A stretch of 64,000 nucleotides of DNA from Podarcis liolepis. Lineage: Eukaryota. Location of the stretch: NCBI GenBank assembly GCA_965112155.1, contig OZ218101.1. The stretch is one strand, 5' to 3'. Under the pieces are notes generated by a model. That model made no database searches and had not been told where the DNA came from. It saw only the letters and a program-made list of their open reading frames with translations. Each line of letters begins with the position of its first letter. The stretch's first letter is position 1. Shown in pieces: positions 1 through 11,685 of this stretch. A program made the position numbers and the translations under genes.

Positions 1-780
1 AAGTTTTCTGTATTTGTTTATATGTTAGGGGTGAGTTGACTGAAACATTACAATGAGAAATCCAGGGGTCAGTAGGTTCTATGGCTTATAGTTTTAAAAT
101 GATTTACTGGACTGATTTGAAACTTGACAGTGTAAAAGAGGCACATTTGTAGATGGCCTATGCTGAATCTGGGGCAGGGAAAAAAATAACTTATATGAAT
201 AAAACATTCTGCGAGTGACAGGTAGTATCTATTTTTCTTTCATAGACCATGTCTGGATGATTTTTCTGCAAAGATTTATCTGATAGTACCGTTTCTTTTG
301 GGAAACTGGTTGTTGACATAGATCGAGGGAAATGTCTGGTGTGTGCTTGTGAAAAATGTTTGCAGTTTTGATTAAAAAGGCATTGTTGTGGCCAGTGTTA
401 ACCAATGGGAATTCATAAGGGTGTTGTGTACACATGCTCTGTATGAACCTGCTGCAAGGGAAGGTTCAGTAAAGGTTTAACTGAACCCAGTGGCTGAGTT
501 GTAGTCTTTCAGTTGGATGGAATGCCAACATCAGCAACTCCCTGCTCAGTGAGCAAAGGTGGCCGAGAGTTGGGGGAAGGCCAGAGAATGAAAATTAGAA
601 TCAGTATCTTTGGCAACCACCATCTTCCCCACTGAAGGCATTTTTGCTAGTTTTTCAATATATCTATGATGTGTACTCAGCATGGTGTTGAGTGTTGGAC
701 TATGTCCTGAGAGGTCAGGGTTCAAATCTCCACAGCACCAGCCACTGCCTGCTAGTCTCAATCTTTACCTCACAGCATTG

Positions 781-918
781 CATACCCTTCAACATTTCTC
801 CGATGAAAATAGGGACGTCCTAAGGAAAAGCAGGACATTCCAGGATCAAATCTGAAACCAGGGCAGCTTCTATAAATCTGGGACTGTCCCTGGAAAATAG
901 GGACAATTAGAAGGTCTG
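781..918. mobile_element. Short TIR element with 6-bp TSD (hAT-like, GGGAC/GTCCC motifs)
   Basis: CATACC...GGTCTG termini; TSD GCATTG (775-780 and 919-924); second copy at 54046-54174. Confidence 0.75.
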
Positions 919-951
919 GCATTGTTGTGATGATGGGGAAAGGGTCATATA

Positions 952-1137
952 CAGTGGAACCTTGGCTCTCGAACAGCTTAGTTGACGAACAAATTGGTTC
1001 CCAAACACCGAAAACCTGGAAGTGTTCTGTTTTTGGAACGTTTTCGGAAGCTCCTGCAGCCAATCGGAAGCCACGCTTTGGTTTTTGAACAGTTTCAGGA
1101 GTCGAACGGATTAAGTTCGAGAACTAAGGTTCCACTG
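952..1137. mobile_element. Tc1/mariner MITE family B (CAGTGGAACCTT TIR)
   Basis: TA|CAGTGGAACCTT ... AAGGTTCCACTG|TA; related to 21774-22024. Confidence 0.85.
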
Positions 1138-1479
1138 TACCACACCTTGAGCTCCTGGGAGGAAACGTGGGGTACAAATTCATAATAAATAAAACAGTAA
1201 TATGTTTCTACTCTCTCTTTTTTGAACGCATTTGATTATTCGCATTTATTGAAAGGCTGGATAAAAATCCCTCACAATGCAACCCTGCATGTAAAGTAAA
1301 AGGTAAGTCTGCTGATAACTGGGTCTGTAGAGAATGAGATTCTTTAATATCAGCTTGGCTGGGTTCAAGCCCCACGTTGGGCAAGAAGATTCCTCGTGCT
1401 CCCTTCCCAACCTTCAATTCTGCAGTCCCAGGTGTCCCTCTGAATACACGGAACTGACTCCTATCACGCAGATGGGAGC

Positions 1480-1990
1480 GAGCGCACCGAGGCCTCGAGG
1501 CTGAGCCAATGGCGCGCCCCCAGTATAGGAAGGCGCGGCGTCACGGCACGTCACGCGCCGCCCGAGCGCCTATTTCAAGCGGGCGAGAGGGACGGAGGCG
1601 CCTCCGCCTGGGCGCCAGGCCTCGGGAATCCCCGCTTTCTTCCCTTCCTTTCCCTCCGCGGGAGGGAGAAGCCTCGGCGAGCTGCGGCGCGAGCTTTGCG
1701 GCCGGGAGTTTCCTCAAGGAAGCGGCTGCTCCGGAGAGCAGCGTGCCGCGCCCCTCGGGAGGCGTAGGCGGCCAGCCGCAGCGCGCCACCACCGGCTCTC
1801 CATTTGCGGCTGCAAGGTGTCTCCGCGGGGGAATTTCGGGGTCCGGAGATGGCGGCGCGAGGGGCGCCCCGCCGGCGGGTCTAGTTGCCCTCGCGCCCTT
1901 TGCAGCTGAGGCCGCCGCCGCCACTATGGTGCCGAAAAGGTGAGTGGAGCCTCCAAGCAAAGTCTCGCACTTCGCACGCTCCTTCCTGGA
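1480..1990 (+). promoter_or_regulatory. CpG-island promoter and 5'UTR of ICOSLG with CCAAT box and NF-kB motifs
   Basis: CpG-dense. CCAAT at about 1506; kB-like GGGAATCCCC (1624-1633), GGGAGTTTCC (1704-1713) and GGGGAATTTC (1828-1837). Confidence 0.75.
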
Positions 1991-4900
1991 GCTTCTCTCT
2001 CAGCTAGTTGTTGCTTTGCTTGCAGGCCAGGTGGCATAAATTTGCTTGCATACGATATTTAAAGAGAAGATAACGCTGAGGCGATTTCCTACACTTGGAT
2101 GTTGCTCTATGCTGTATTCCGATCGCTGCTGCTGCTATTATTATTATTAAAATGTTGCTTGCATTGATATGCTTTTAACAGCAGTCAGGCACCTTTGCTG
2201 AAACTTAAGTATTACTAAATTGAATGGAAACAACCCTAGTGCAAGCTGGGGTGATCCAGGCTTTATTAATTAAATTGTTTTCGTCTCCAAGGAGCCTAGG
2301 GTAGCAAACGCATCAAGAGTAATGCAACCAAAAGTAAAGGCGTTTTAACATTGCTTTCTGGATATATGTATTGAATGGCTGCTAGTCAGGACAGGGAAAT
2401 GAAGCTGATTTGCTAGTAGACAGAACTCCTGATTTTTGACTACTTTGTAAGCCAGGCTTTTTTGTGTGAGACGGGTCCCGCTCAATTCAGCTAAACAACT
2501 GAAAGACATAACACAAATGACTCATCTTTATTGATACTATGGCATTTTTGTAATATAGTTACAGTTAGCTTGTGGGATTCTTCTTTGTAAGTTTTGAAAG
2601 GTGACAAATAGAAACGTCACAATTGAATTTGTGACTCAAAACACTCTGGCGGTGTTAGCCCAGTGTTGTGGAAGTGGTTAGTGAAACTAACCACAACATA
2701 AGCAAACCTGAATACCAAGAGAATGAGACAGGAATAAATAGAACATGAATTGAGTAAACAAACATTTTGAAACAAATTCTGATGGCTTTTATTTCTCAGT
2801 GGTTGGAAACCAGCTGTTCCTGACCATTGTTTGTGGAAGAGCAGGTATACTTCCTGATTCAGAACCAGTGCTTCAAATAAATATAATGCAATCGTGTTAG
2901 AAACAATTGAATCATCTTGATTATCTTGGCAAAATAAGTGCTTAGGGTGGTGCTTTCTTGGCTAAATCTGCTTAACAGCACAACGTATGCTTCTGGACAC
3001 ATTAATTTTGCAACAGCATTGTCCCAGCATTACAATGCTGAAACAAATGCTTAGGATCACACACTAACAATAATCTATACTGCATTGTAGCTATAGCAGG
3101 GATGTTTCTGATACTGACTGACTGATTAACTTGAGTTGGTGTGAACTGGTTGACTGTAGCTCCCAACACGACTAATTGTCTGTCAGGGGTTGAGGTGTGT
3201 AACCACCAGGGAAAGGCACCCTGGATATTTAGTTATTTTACTTATAAAAATATTTCTGTGCAACTATTTCATAAAATATATCAAAGTGGTAATTTTTAAA
3301 AAGAAAGATGAACATGAGACATCAATTAACCATTGTGGAATTAACCATTGCTTCCTGGGGGGGGGGGAGCTGCACCGCTTTGCCAGCAGCCTTCCTCCCT
3401 TCCCTCTTCCTTTTGACAGCTCAGGGGAGGTTTCCCTCCCCCCAGGAAGCAATTGGGGGTTGCGGGCAGGCGGCATGCCGAATGTCACCCCCTCCCCCCC
3501 CCCAATAATTATACCCGGGGTGGACCACCCCCTTTCTCTGCCCCTGCTTCAAGGACAGCAAATTAATAAATATAAATACAGTCACAAAAGCACAAACACA
3601 CATGAGAGTTGGTGTAATGATTCAACTCATAGTCTGGACTGAAGTGAAAACATAGTCTGAACTGAAGAGAGCCACAATCTCCTGGCTTCAGGCCTTTCCC
3701 ATAAGCAACACAGAGATAAAAATATTGACCTGCCTTCTTAAAATCATACAGTTGGAAGGGAAGTCAAAATGCTGTCTAGTTCAACCCCCAGGCACTAGCA
3801 AATGTGCCAAAAGAAAAAAAACTTACAGAGGAGTCTTTCACCATCTAAGCAGCCTGTTCCACTGTCCCAACAGCTCATACCAACAGAGAATCCTTGTTGA
3901 TGTTCATTTAGCATTCCCTTTCTTGTAACTTGAACCCTTTGGTTCTGGTCTTATCCTTTGAAGCAACATAAAACAAATTTCCATCACAGTTATTGGGTTG
4001 TTGGGTACAAAAAGAAGAAATTCTGAAATATGGGAATACCTGTGAGGACTGCAGAGAAAAATTCTAAAGTTGCTATTATACAGTCTTTGTATCAATATTT
4101 GTTGTTTAGTTGTGTCTTACAAATTCTGAATATGTATTTAGTAGTTTATAAAATTCTTGCCTCGTAATCTGTTTTTATTTTGTTTCAGCTTTGGATTTAT
4201 GATGTTTCTTTGGGTTCAGACAGCTGGTAAGTTATGAATGCATTGTTTGCTATGCTCAAATATAAAGCAAACCTTTAAATATCCTGATAATGTGGATGAT
4301 CAATCCTGTCTTTACCCTAAAGTTCAGGGTGGACTGCAGAAATGCAAAGCCACTTTAAAATATACAGATGACTAAATTAACATTTCAGGTAATAATCATA
4401 CTCTTAATACTTGCAGATAAAATCGCTCAGATTTGGGAAGAAGTAGACTCCACCGTGGGAGCAGGGCCAGGGCGGGAGAGTGCTATAGTCCTGTCTAGTC
4501 AAGTTGTGTGGGATCAATTCCAATCTGTTACCTCCGAGGATGTGGACAGGCTGCTTGGACGAGTGAAGCCAACCACCTGTCTCCTGGATCCTTGCCCATC
4601 CTGGCTTATAAAAGCTAGCCGGGAAGGACTGGGCGATGGGCTTCGTGGGGTGGTGAATGCTTCCCTCCGTGAGGGAGCCTTCCCAGACCCGCTGAAAGAG
4701 GCGGTTATTAAACCGCTTCTTAAAAAACCATCTTTAGATGTGGCCACGATGGCCAATTATCGCCTAGTCTCAAATCCTCCATTCTTGGGCAAGGTAATTG
4801 AGCGAGTGGTTGCTGAACAACTCCAGGCACGCCTGGAAGAAGCGGGCCATTTGGATCCCTTCCAGTCGGGATTCAGGCCTCATCATGGGACTGAAACTGC

Positions 4901-7900
4901 CTTGGTCGCACTGGTTGATGATCTCCGGTGGGCTAGGGACAAAGGTGAGAGCTGTTTCCTAGTTCTGCTGGATCTCTCAGTGGCGTTTGATACCATCGAC
5001 CATAACATCCTTCTGGACCGTCTTGAGGGGCTGGGAGCTGGGGGCACTGTCATACAGTGGTTCCGCTCCTTCCTCCTGGGCCGTGTTCAGAAAGTGGTGG
5101 TGGGGAATGAGTGTTCAGACCCCTGGGCTCTCACTTGTGGGGTGCCTCAGGGTTCTGTCCTCTCCCCCATGCTTTTCAACATTTACATGCAGCCACTGGG
5201 AGAGATCATTAGGAGGTTTGGGCTGGGTGTTCATCAGTATGCGGATGATACCCAGCTCTACCTCTCTTTTAAATCAGAACCAGTGAAGGCGGTGAAGGTC
5301 CTGTGTGAGTGTCTGGAAGCGGTTGGAGGATGGGTGGCGGCTAACAGATTGAGGTTGAATCCTGACAAGACAGAAGTACTGTTTTTGGGGGACAGGAGGC
5401 GGGCAGGTGTGGAGGATTCCCTGGTCCTGAATGGGGTAACTGTGCCCCTGAAGGAGTCATTTTGGACTCACAGCTGTCCATGGAGGCACAGGTCAAATCT
5501 GTATCCAGGGCAGCTGTTTACCAGCTCCATCTGGTACGTAGGCTGAGACCCTATCTGCCTGCAGACTGTCTCGCCAGAGTGGTACATGCTCTGGTTATCT
5601 CCCGCTTGGACTACTGCAATGCGCTCTACGTGGGGCTACCTTTGAAGGTGACCCGGAAACTACAACTAATCCAGAAAGCGGCAGCTAGACTGGTGACTGG
5701 GAGCGGCCGCCGAGACCATATAACACCGGTCTTGAAAGACCTACATTGGCTCCCAGTACGTTTCCGAGCACAATTCAAAGTGTTGGTGCTGACCTTTAAA
5801 GCCCTAAACGGCCTCGGTCCAGTATATCTGAAGGAGCGTCTCCTCCCCCATCGTTCTGCCCGGACACTGAGGTCCAGCTCTGAGGGCCTTCTGGCGGTTC
5901 CCTCACTGCGAGAGGCCAAGTTACAGGGAACAAGGCAGAGGGCCTTCTCGGTAGTGGCGCCCGCCCTGTGGAACGCCCTCCCATCAGATGTCAAAGCGAT
6001 AAACATTTACCTGACATTCAGAAGACATCTGAAGGCAGCCCTGTTCAGGGAAGTTTTTAATATGTGACATTTTAGTGTATCTTTCATCTTTGTTGGAAGC
6101 CGCCCAGAGTGGCTGGGGAAACCCAGCCAGATGGGCGGGGTACAAATAATAAATTATTATTATTATTATTATTATACAATTCCCATAATGCTTTCTCTTA
6201 CCTAGGAGAGCTGCCATGCTAGAATCTCCTGTTAATGTTTCCCCCTCAGATAGGTTCTGTGTCTTTAGTATGTGCACTGCTGGAAGATAATCAACATACG
6301 CATCGCCACATTTGCATGTTAGGAAGAGCTGTACCTGTGGCATGGAAGATGTGGCCATGGACTCTTGTGCCTTGTGGCATGGAAGATGTGGCCATGGACT
6401 CTTGGAGAAGAGTCTGAGAAGACCCTGAGACTCAGTTAAGTTTAATAAAGTTAATTCAGACCGAGGTCACCTTTCCATTAGAGTGTATAATATCAAGTGA
6501 ACTCAAACTAGTGAATTAAGTTATTCTCTTCAGTGGGAATGAAAAGAAATGTGGCCCCAGTAAAACTGGATTTTATGGAGACATTCGTAAAAAGCATATG
6601 TTTAATTTCCCATTTTGTCTTTATAGCTAACATATCAGTCACTGGCATAATAGGAAGTACTGTTGAACTGAGATGCGATGAGTTAAATGGCACGTTCATC
6701 TTAAATAACTTTCGAGTAACATGGCGAAAAGAAGGGGAAAGAAACTGCTTTGTAGAAACCTATTATTCTGATGAAGATCTGACTTCATACCGTGAGAAAA
6801 ACCAGTGTGCAGACTTCAGAGACAGGACTCGGTTTAATGTGGAACTGAAGGAGGGCAAGTTTACTCTGCAACTGTTAAGGATCAGTCCTAAAGATGAGTT
6901 CACATATACCTGTGTGGTACTGAAGAAGGATGAAGAAGGAAAATTAAAAGTACATAGAGAAGTAAAAACAAACCTCAAAGTGGCAGGTAAAGCAAATATT
7001 TATAAACCATCAGTGATAAATTCCTGTTCTTTTGCCAAACTTTGTGTATGTCAGAGAATGGCATAGAAGAAAGGTGTGTTCAAGTGTGTTTCTGAGTTAA
7101 CACAGGGCACGGAGGACCAATGGTGTTTTAAACAAGAAAATGTGCTTGGCACACCAGGGCCAATCCAGTCCATTGCCCTGTCCTTCTTTTTCTCCCACTG
7201 AGCAAGGGTCGTAGGAAACTGCCTTGGTCCATCCAGCTGAGTGTTGCCTACACTGACTGGCAGCAGCTCTCCAGGGTTCCAAATAGGAATCTCTCACAAC
7301 CCTACCTTGGAGATGTCTAGGACCTTCTGCATGCTGCAAAGCAGATGCTCTACCGTGGAAGTAGGGCCTTTCCCCTGGCACTGCCGTGTCAGCACCCCTC
7401 CTGTTCATGGAGAGCTTTTTGCAGAGGAGAGCTGAAGGTGTGTAGACCGAAACCTCATTCACCCCAACAGCCCATGAGGTCACAGTCTACTACAACGCTA
7501 CTTCCAATAGTTCTGGTTCAACAGTAAGGCATCAACGTGGCAGTACAGTGGTACCTCAGGTTAAGTACTTAATTCGTTCCGGAGGTCCGTTCTTAACCTG
7601 AAACTGTTCTTAATCTGAAGCACCAATTTAGCTAATGGGGCCTCCTGCTTCCGCTGTGCCGCCGGAGCACAATTTCTGTTCTCATCCTGAAGCAAAGATC
7701 TTAACCTGAAGCACTATTTCTGGGTTAGCGGAGTCTGTAACCTGAAGCGTATGTAACCTGAGGTACCACTGTACAAGTTACTTAGGTGTGCAAACAGGAC
7801 CCTACCCCCACTGCATGTGTTAGTGTAATCCGAGGACTGAAAATCCTTCTCTCAACCTTTTATACTGACAACAGCTCCAGACTGTGTTAATATATGTCTC

Positions 7901-10900
7901 CCTTACTTTCCCCCCCAGCAAATTACAGCACACCAATTCTAACTCACACGCCATCTGGAGAAGAAACAACATTTAATTGCACTTCTAGCCACGGGTACCC
8001 ACAGCCAAAAATTTATTGGGTAAATCATACTGACATCAGCATCTTGAACTCAACTCAACAGTATACTAGAGAGCCTGACGGGACGATCAGTGTTTTCAGT
8101 ACGTTAACAGTTAAAGCAGCTACTGCTATCAAGTTAGAGTGTACAATTGAGAATGAGCAGCTGCATCAAAATCTAACTGCCACCAGTAAGTTGATGTTCT
8201 TCATTTTATCTCCTCTCCAATATTTTTCATGCACAGTGAAATATTTATAGCGAAGAACAAATTTGTCAAGTAGGCTAAAAAAGCAACAACTACAGTGTGA
8301 TTCATGTCCAGAGCCCAAAAAAACTTGACTTTCTGATCATTTGTCAGCTAGAACAAAAGCCTTTGGCCTCTTAAATAGAGAGGAAAGCTTCAAATTTAAA
8401 TTCAGATGCAATAAGAAATCATATAGCTTCCAGTGCAGGCTACTTAAAGCCTTCGAACAAATTATTGGCAGGTTAGCTCATATCAGAAGGTGACATTTGG
8501 CCCACCTACTCCTGCTGCATCTTTGCTATTAAACAGACCTACCTTAAATCATAACTTTTGTTTCAATTCTGCTAGCTGGAATGCCGTTTTTAAAACTCAG
8601 CAGTTGTGAAGTCTGTTATCTGGCTGACCTTTAGGGAAATGGGAGCTGGATGTAAGGCTATAACTCGATCTGGGAGTGTATGTAACTTATTGACTTAGAT
8701 ATGCTTGAGGAAAGTCTCTGGGTTATGGCCAAAGTTTTCTATCCTTTTACATGCAGTGTGCAAATTATTAGGATAAAAGTTCCTTTTGCTAAAAGGTGAT
8801 TCTTAAGTTTCATTGTATTTTAGTAAAATCCAGTTTCTGTGCATGTGTTGTAAAGCATAAAAACACTTAAGATGTGCAGTTTATGTTGTTTGCAGACCTG
8901 TTCTGTCTGAGCCTTTTTTAAAAAAAACCTCTCCTCCTTCTCCCCTTGTCATTGTTTCTATTTAGTTGACACGAGCAGTCCTGAAAATAGCCCCTCGGTT
9001 GATAACAGCCCAAGTAAGACAAAAGGTGTAGTTCTGGCTTCTGTTGCAGCTGTCTCAATAGTCATTCTACTTATTTTGTACATCGGGTGGAAGAAAAGGA
9101 GGACTTCTGTTCTAATGACTTACACTGGTAAGTGAACAGTACACCCAGTTTAACAAGCCCTAAGAAGTAGGAGTAGAGAAGCAGTGGTTCATCCCCAAGA
9201 CTTCCAGAATGGTTAAACTAGCATTTCTGAGGCAGCAATACAGCTGATACTTTGTGTAGACAACCAAAGTAGCTTGTCATGTAGAGTATACATCTTCACC
9301 CAAGGGTGCTTCCTGGGGAATCTCTTCCCATGATTACCAGTAAGGTTTGCCACAGTCCACATTTCAAGTACACACCAGGTTTAGCAAGGCTGAAGTGGAC
9401 CTGCTGTTGAGATCACTGGAAGGGTATGTAGCATTATCTCCTTGAGTGGAGGAAGACAGCTAGTTCCTAATGAAGCGGGACCTATTTTAAGATCTGTTAG
9501 CATGCACCCTAGGCCTCAAACCACTTTCCACTTTCACTCCCACCTACTCCATTTGCATGCCTGCTTGTGAAAACTGAAATGATGCTGTAGTGGCCCATCC
9601 TGCAGCCACAAACTTAGGAAAACAGGCATGTGAAAGGGGAAACTGAGGAGATTAAAAGAAAGACGTGTTGTGCTACACTTATTGTAGTCCATTCTCAAAA
9701 TATGGGGATACTTCAGAGTCGGCCTTCTCAAAGGAAGCCTGCCACATCTTATTTGTTGTCTCCGTTCATCCTGGCTTGCTCTGGTTGCTAGAACATGTAG
9801 GTTTCCTTTTTACAAATAGCCCTTGCTACAATAAGAGCTGAAGAACAAAGTGCTAACTTTGGACAACCTGTGGACAACGTATGGCAAATCTCCCCCCAAA
9901 AAGGGCGAGTTGTGTAATATGCACTTATCATGAAAAGCTACTGGCTAGAAATGCCTTTAGGCTTCCTTCTGTAAACTTCGTTGCTGGTGTAGAGCAGAGG
10001 TTGGGGAAGCTAATGTCTTCCAGATGGTGATGGACTCCCATCAGCTCAAGCCAATGGGACCAGTGGTTAAGGATGTTGTAGTCCAACAGCCACTGGAGGG
10101 GCTCATGGCCCTCATCCCTGGGGTAGTCACTCTGCTTCTAACTCAGGATTCTACTAATGCATAATTCAGGATTCCCATTGGGTCAAAGACAATATGCTCC
10201 CCTCCCAAAAAGACTCTAGCCACACTTGTACTAAAGAGAACTAATAATGTCAATAAAGAGAGCCAATAATGTCACCATGGCCGAGTATTCTTGGCTCCCG
10301 TGCCATTCTTATTGATGTTTATGGCTCAGCTGTATTTATTTGTTTCACTGGAAGAATGGCTTCTGCCTCCAAAACATCATCTGGGTCTACCATATGCTAA
10401 TTGTTACTTAAAACAATGTTGTCATATCAAAGCAATCAGAACAACATTGGCCATAGCAGCTTACTCAAATAAGAAAACCACAAAGCATAGAATCAGTTCC
10501 ACATCTGCAGAGCATCTGATTAATCATAGATGCCTTCCAGGTCATATCCATCCGTAAATTCCTAAACTTGCTTGCCAACAAATGCTGGCAAGGGTTTGTA
10601 GGCAGTAAACCTTCCATTCATCATGTTGGGGTTTTTCATCTTGTGCACTTTCATGTAATCCTGGCTCAACAGACAGTTCCTTCTCTTGGTGTCAACTCAA
10701 ATTAGACTAGCTGTCTCTCTGTAATTCCTATTTAAAATATGCCATTGAACTTCCTTCCCTTTGTGATGTCTTGAGTCCTTGTGTGCCATCTTGAAAGCAG
10801 TTTCAATGGTCCTCATTCTATTTAGAATACACAACCACGTGTAATACAACTCAGTCCAAAAGTTCTACAATCTTTTTTTTCCTATCAATTGGTGTTCATA

Positions 10901-11685
10901 AAAATAAAGAATCAAACAACAGTAGAAAATGGTTCACTTAGCCCAGTAGTGTTTTCCTGAAGAATGCATACGTATTTCGGACCCCTAAACTGAAATTTTG
11001 TACTGATAAGAACATACATTTTAGCTTGATGCAGAGCTCTGAGCATCTTGTAGCTCCCTTTACAATATTTTTGACATAAGAACTTGCATACTTTTCTGGG
11101 TTTGCTCATTTCTTTCTCTTGCAAATAAAAGTTGGTCAGTGCTGCAACTGGGCTATATCTAGCTAATGATTCCTCTTATAAGGATATTGTGGTCCCTTGG
11201 CTTCCCACATTATGGGAGATCCATTGCTCTGAACATTCAGAGTGCTTGGATGCTGTCATGTCCCAAAGGAAATAAATTTAGGCTGGGTCCTAACCAGGGC
11301 TATTTTCAGCCAGAACTCAGTTCCGGCACCTCTCAGGTGGACGCCCTTGCCATTATAAGAGAACAAGGGCATTCATGGTGCGTTCCGGCACCTTCTTTTC
11401 TTAAAAATAAAAAATAGTGCTGGTCCTAACAAACCAGACACCATTACTTTGATTTGTTAGCCCTTGTTGCTGTGACAGCTGTAGATGGGCAAGACAAGAG
11501 GCCTTGAGGGGGGGCGGAAATGGAAATTATCTGGCAGCACCAGGGTTTGATGTTTTAATCCTGTCCTACTACATAACATTTCTGTAATCTGACCCATATA
11601 ACATTTGTATATTCTGTTGTGTGTGTGTGTTTTTTTTAAAGCTCCTGCTGAAATAGGAAACAGAAATTTTGGACTGCCAGAGTAA
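1926..11685 (+). CDS. ICOSLG: ICOS ligand (B7-H2/CD275), B7-family type I membrane protein, about 294 aa
   Basis: Exons 1926-1939, 4189-4226, 6627-6986, 7919-8185, 8966-9127, 11642-11685, all GT-AG and in phase. They give signal peptide MVPKSFGFMMFLWVQTA, IgV (VELRC..W..F.LQL..DEFTYTC), IgC (ANYSTP..FNCTSSHGYPQPKIYW..LECTIEN), TM GVVLASVAAVSIVILLILYIGW followed by KKRR, and a short tail. The exon pattern and the position tail-to-tail with GATD3 match mammalian ICOSLG. The last exon is the least certain. Confidence 0.88.
4410..6175 (+). mobile_element. 5'-truncated L2-clade LINE (RT domain and C-terminus, one frameshift) in ICOSLG intron 2
   Basis: ORFs 4368..5546 and 5462..6067: TTCLLDPCP, QSGFR..TETAL, LDLS.AFDT, GVPQGSVL.P, YADDTQLY, SRLDYCN, HITPVL..LHWLP; (TTA)n tail at about 6150-6175. 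Confidence 0.93.
6627..6986 (+). CDS. ICOSLG: ICOSLG exon 3, IgV domain
   Basis: ttatag| ... GTGGCAG|gtaaag, 360 nt, phase 1-1; lies inside ORF 6533..7066; Ig B-strand Cys, C-strand Trp and D.x.Y.C motifs. Confidence 0.92.
7546..7771. mobile_element. Tc1/mariner MITE family A (CAGTGGTACCTC TIR)
   Basis: TA|CAGTGGTACCTCAGGTTA ... TAACCTGAGGTACCACTG|TA; near-identical to 16047-16288. Confidence 0.9.
7919..8185 (+). CDS. ICOSLG: ICOSLG exon 4, IgC domain
   Basis: cccccag| ... ACCA|gtaag, 267 nt, phase 1-1; inside ORF 7894..8250; C.S..GYP.P.I.W motif of B7 C-domains. Confidence 0.92.
8966..9127 (+). CDS. ICOSLG: ICOSLG exon 5, stalk, transmembrane helix and stop-transfer
   Basis: tatttag| ... 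ACTG|gtaagt, 162 nt; hydrophobic 21-22-mer followed by KKRR, ending ..TYT(G). Confidence 0.88.
9995..10120. mobile_element. Degenerate MITE family of about 120 bp (GGACTCCCATCAG/GTAGTCC core)
   Basis: CAG...CTG ends and a shared core with 20837-20955, about 26291-26385, 28821-28964 and about 53479-53610; TSDs decayed. Confidence 0.5.
11295..11422. mobile_element. hAT MITE
   Basis: Imperfect TIR CAGGGCTATTTT/AAAATAGTGCTG; 8-bp TSD GTCCTAAC; internal repeat GTTCCGGCACC. Confidence 0.8.

Noticed and set aside
246-470. Cys-rich stretch after an acceptor-like site (KCLVCACEKC..CCGQC..VYTCSV), a possible Ig or zinc-finger pseudo-exon
   Set aside because: Multiple stops and no consistent motif spacing; a TBLASTX search would be needed to support it.
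1509-1943. 144-aa ORF in frame with the ICOSLG ATG (possible N-terminal extension)
   Set aside because: Its ATG overlaps the CCAAT box and is probably upstream of the TSS; low-complexity GC-driven ORF that would bury the signal peptide.
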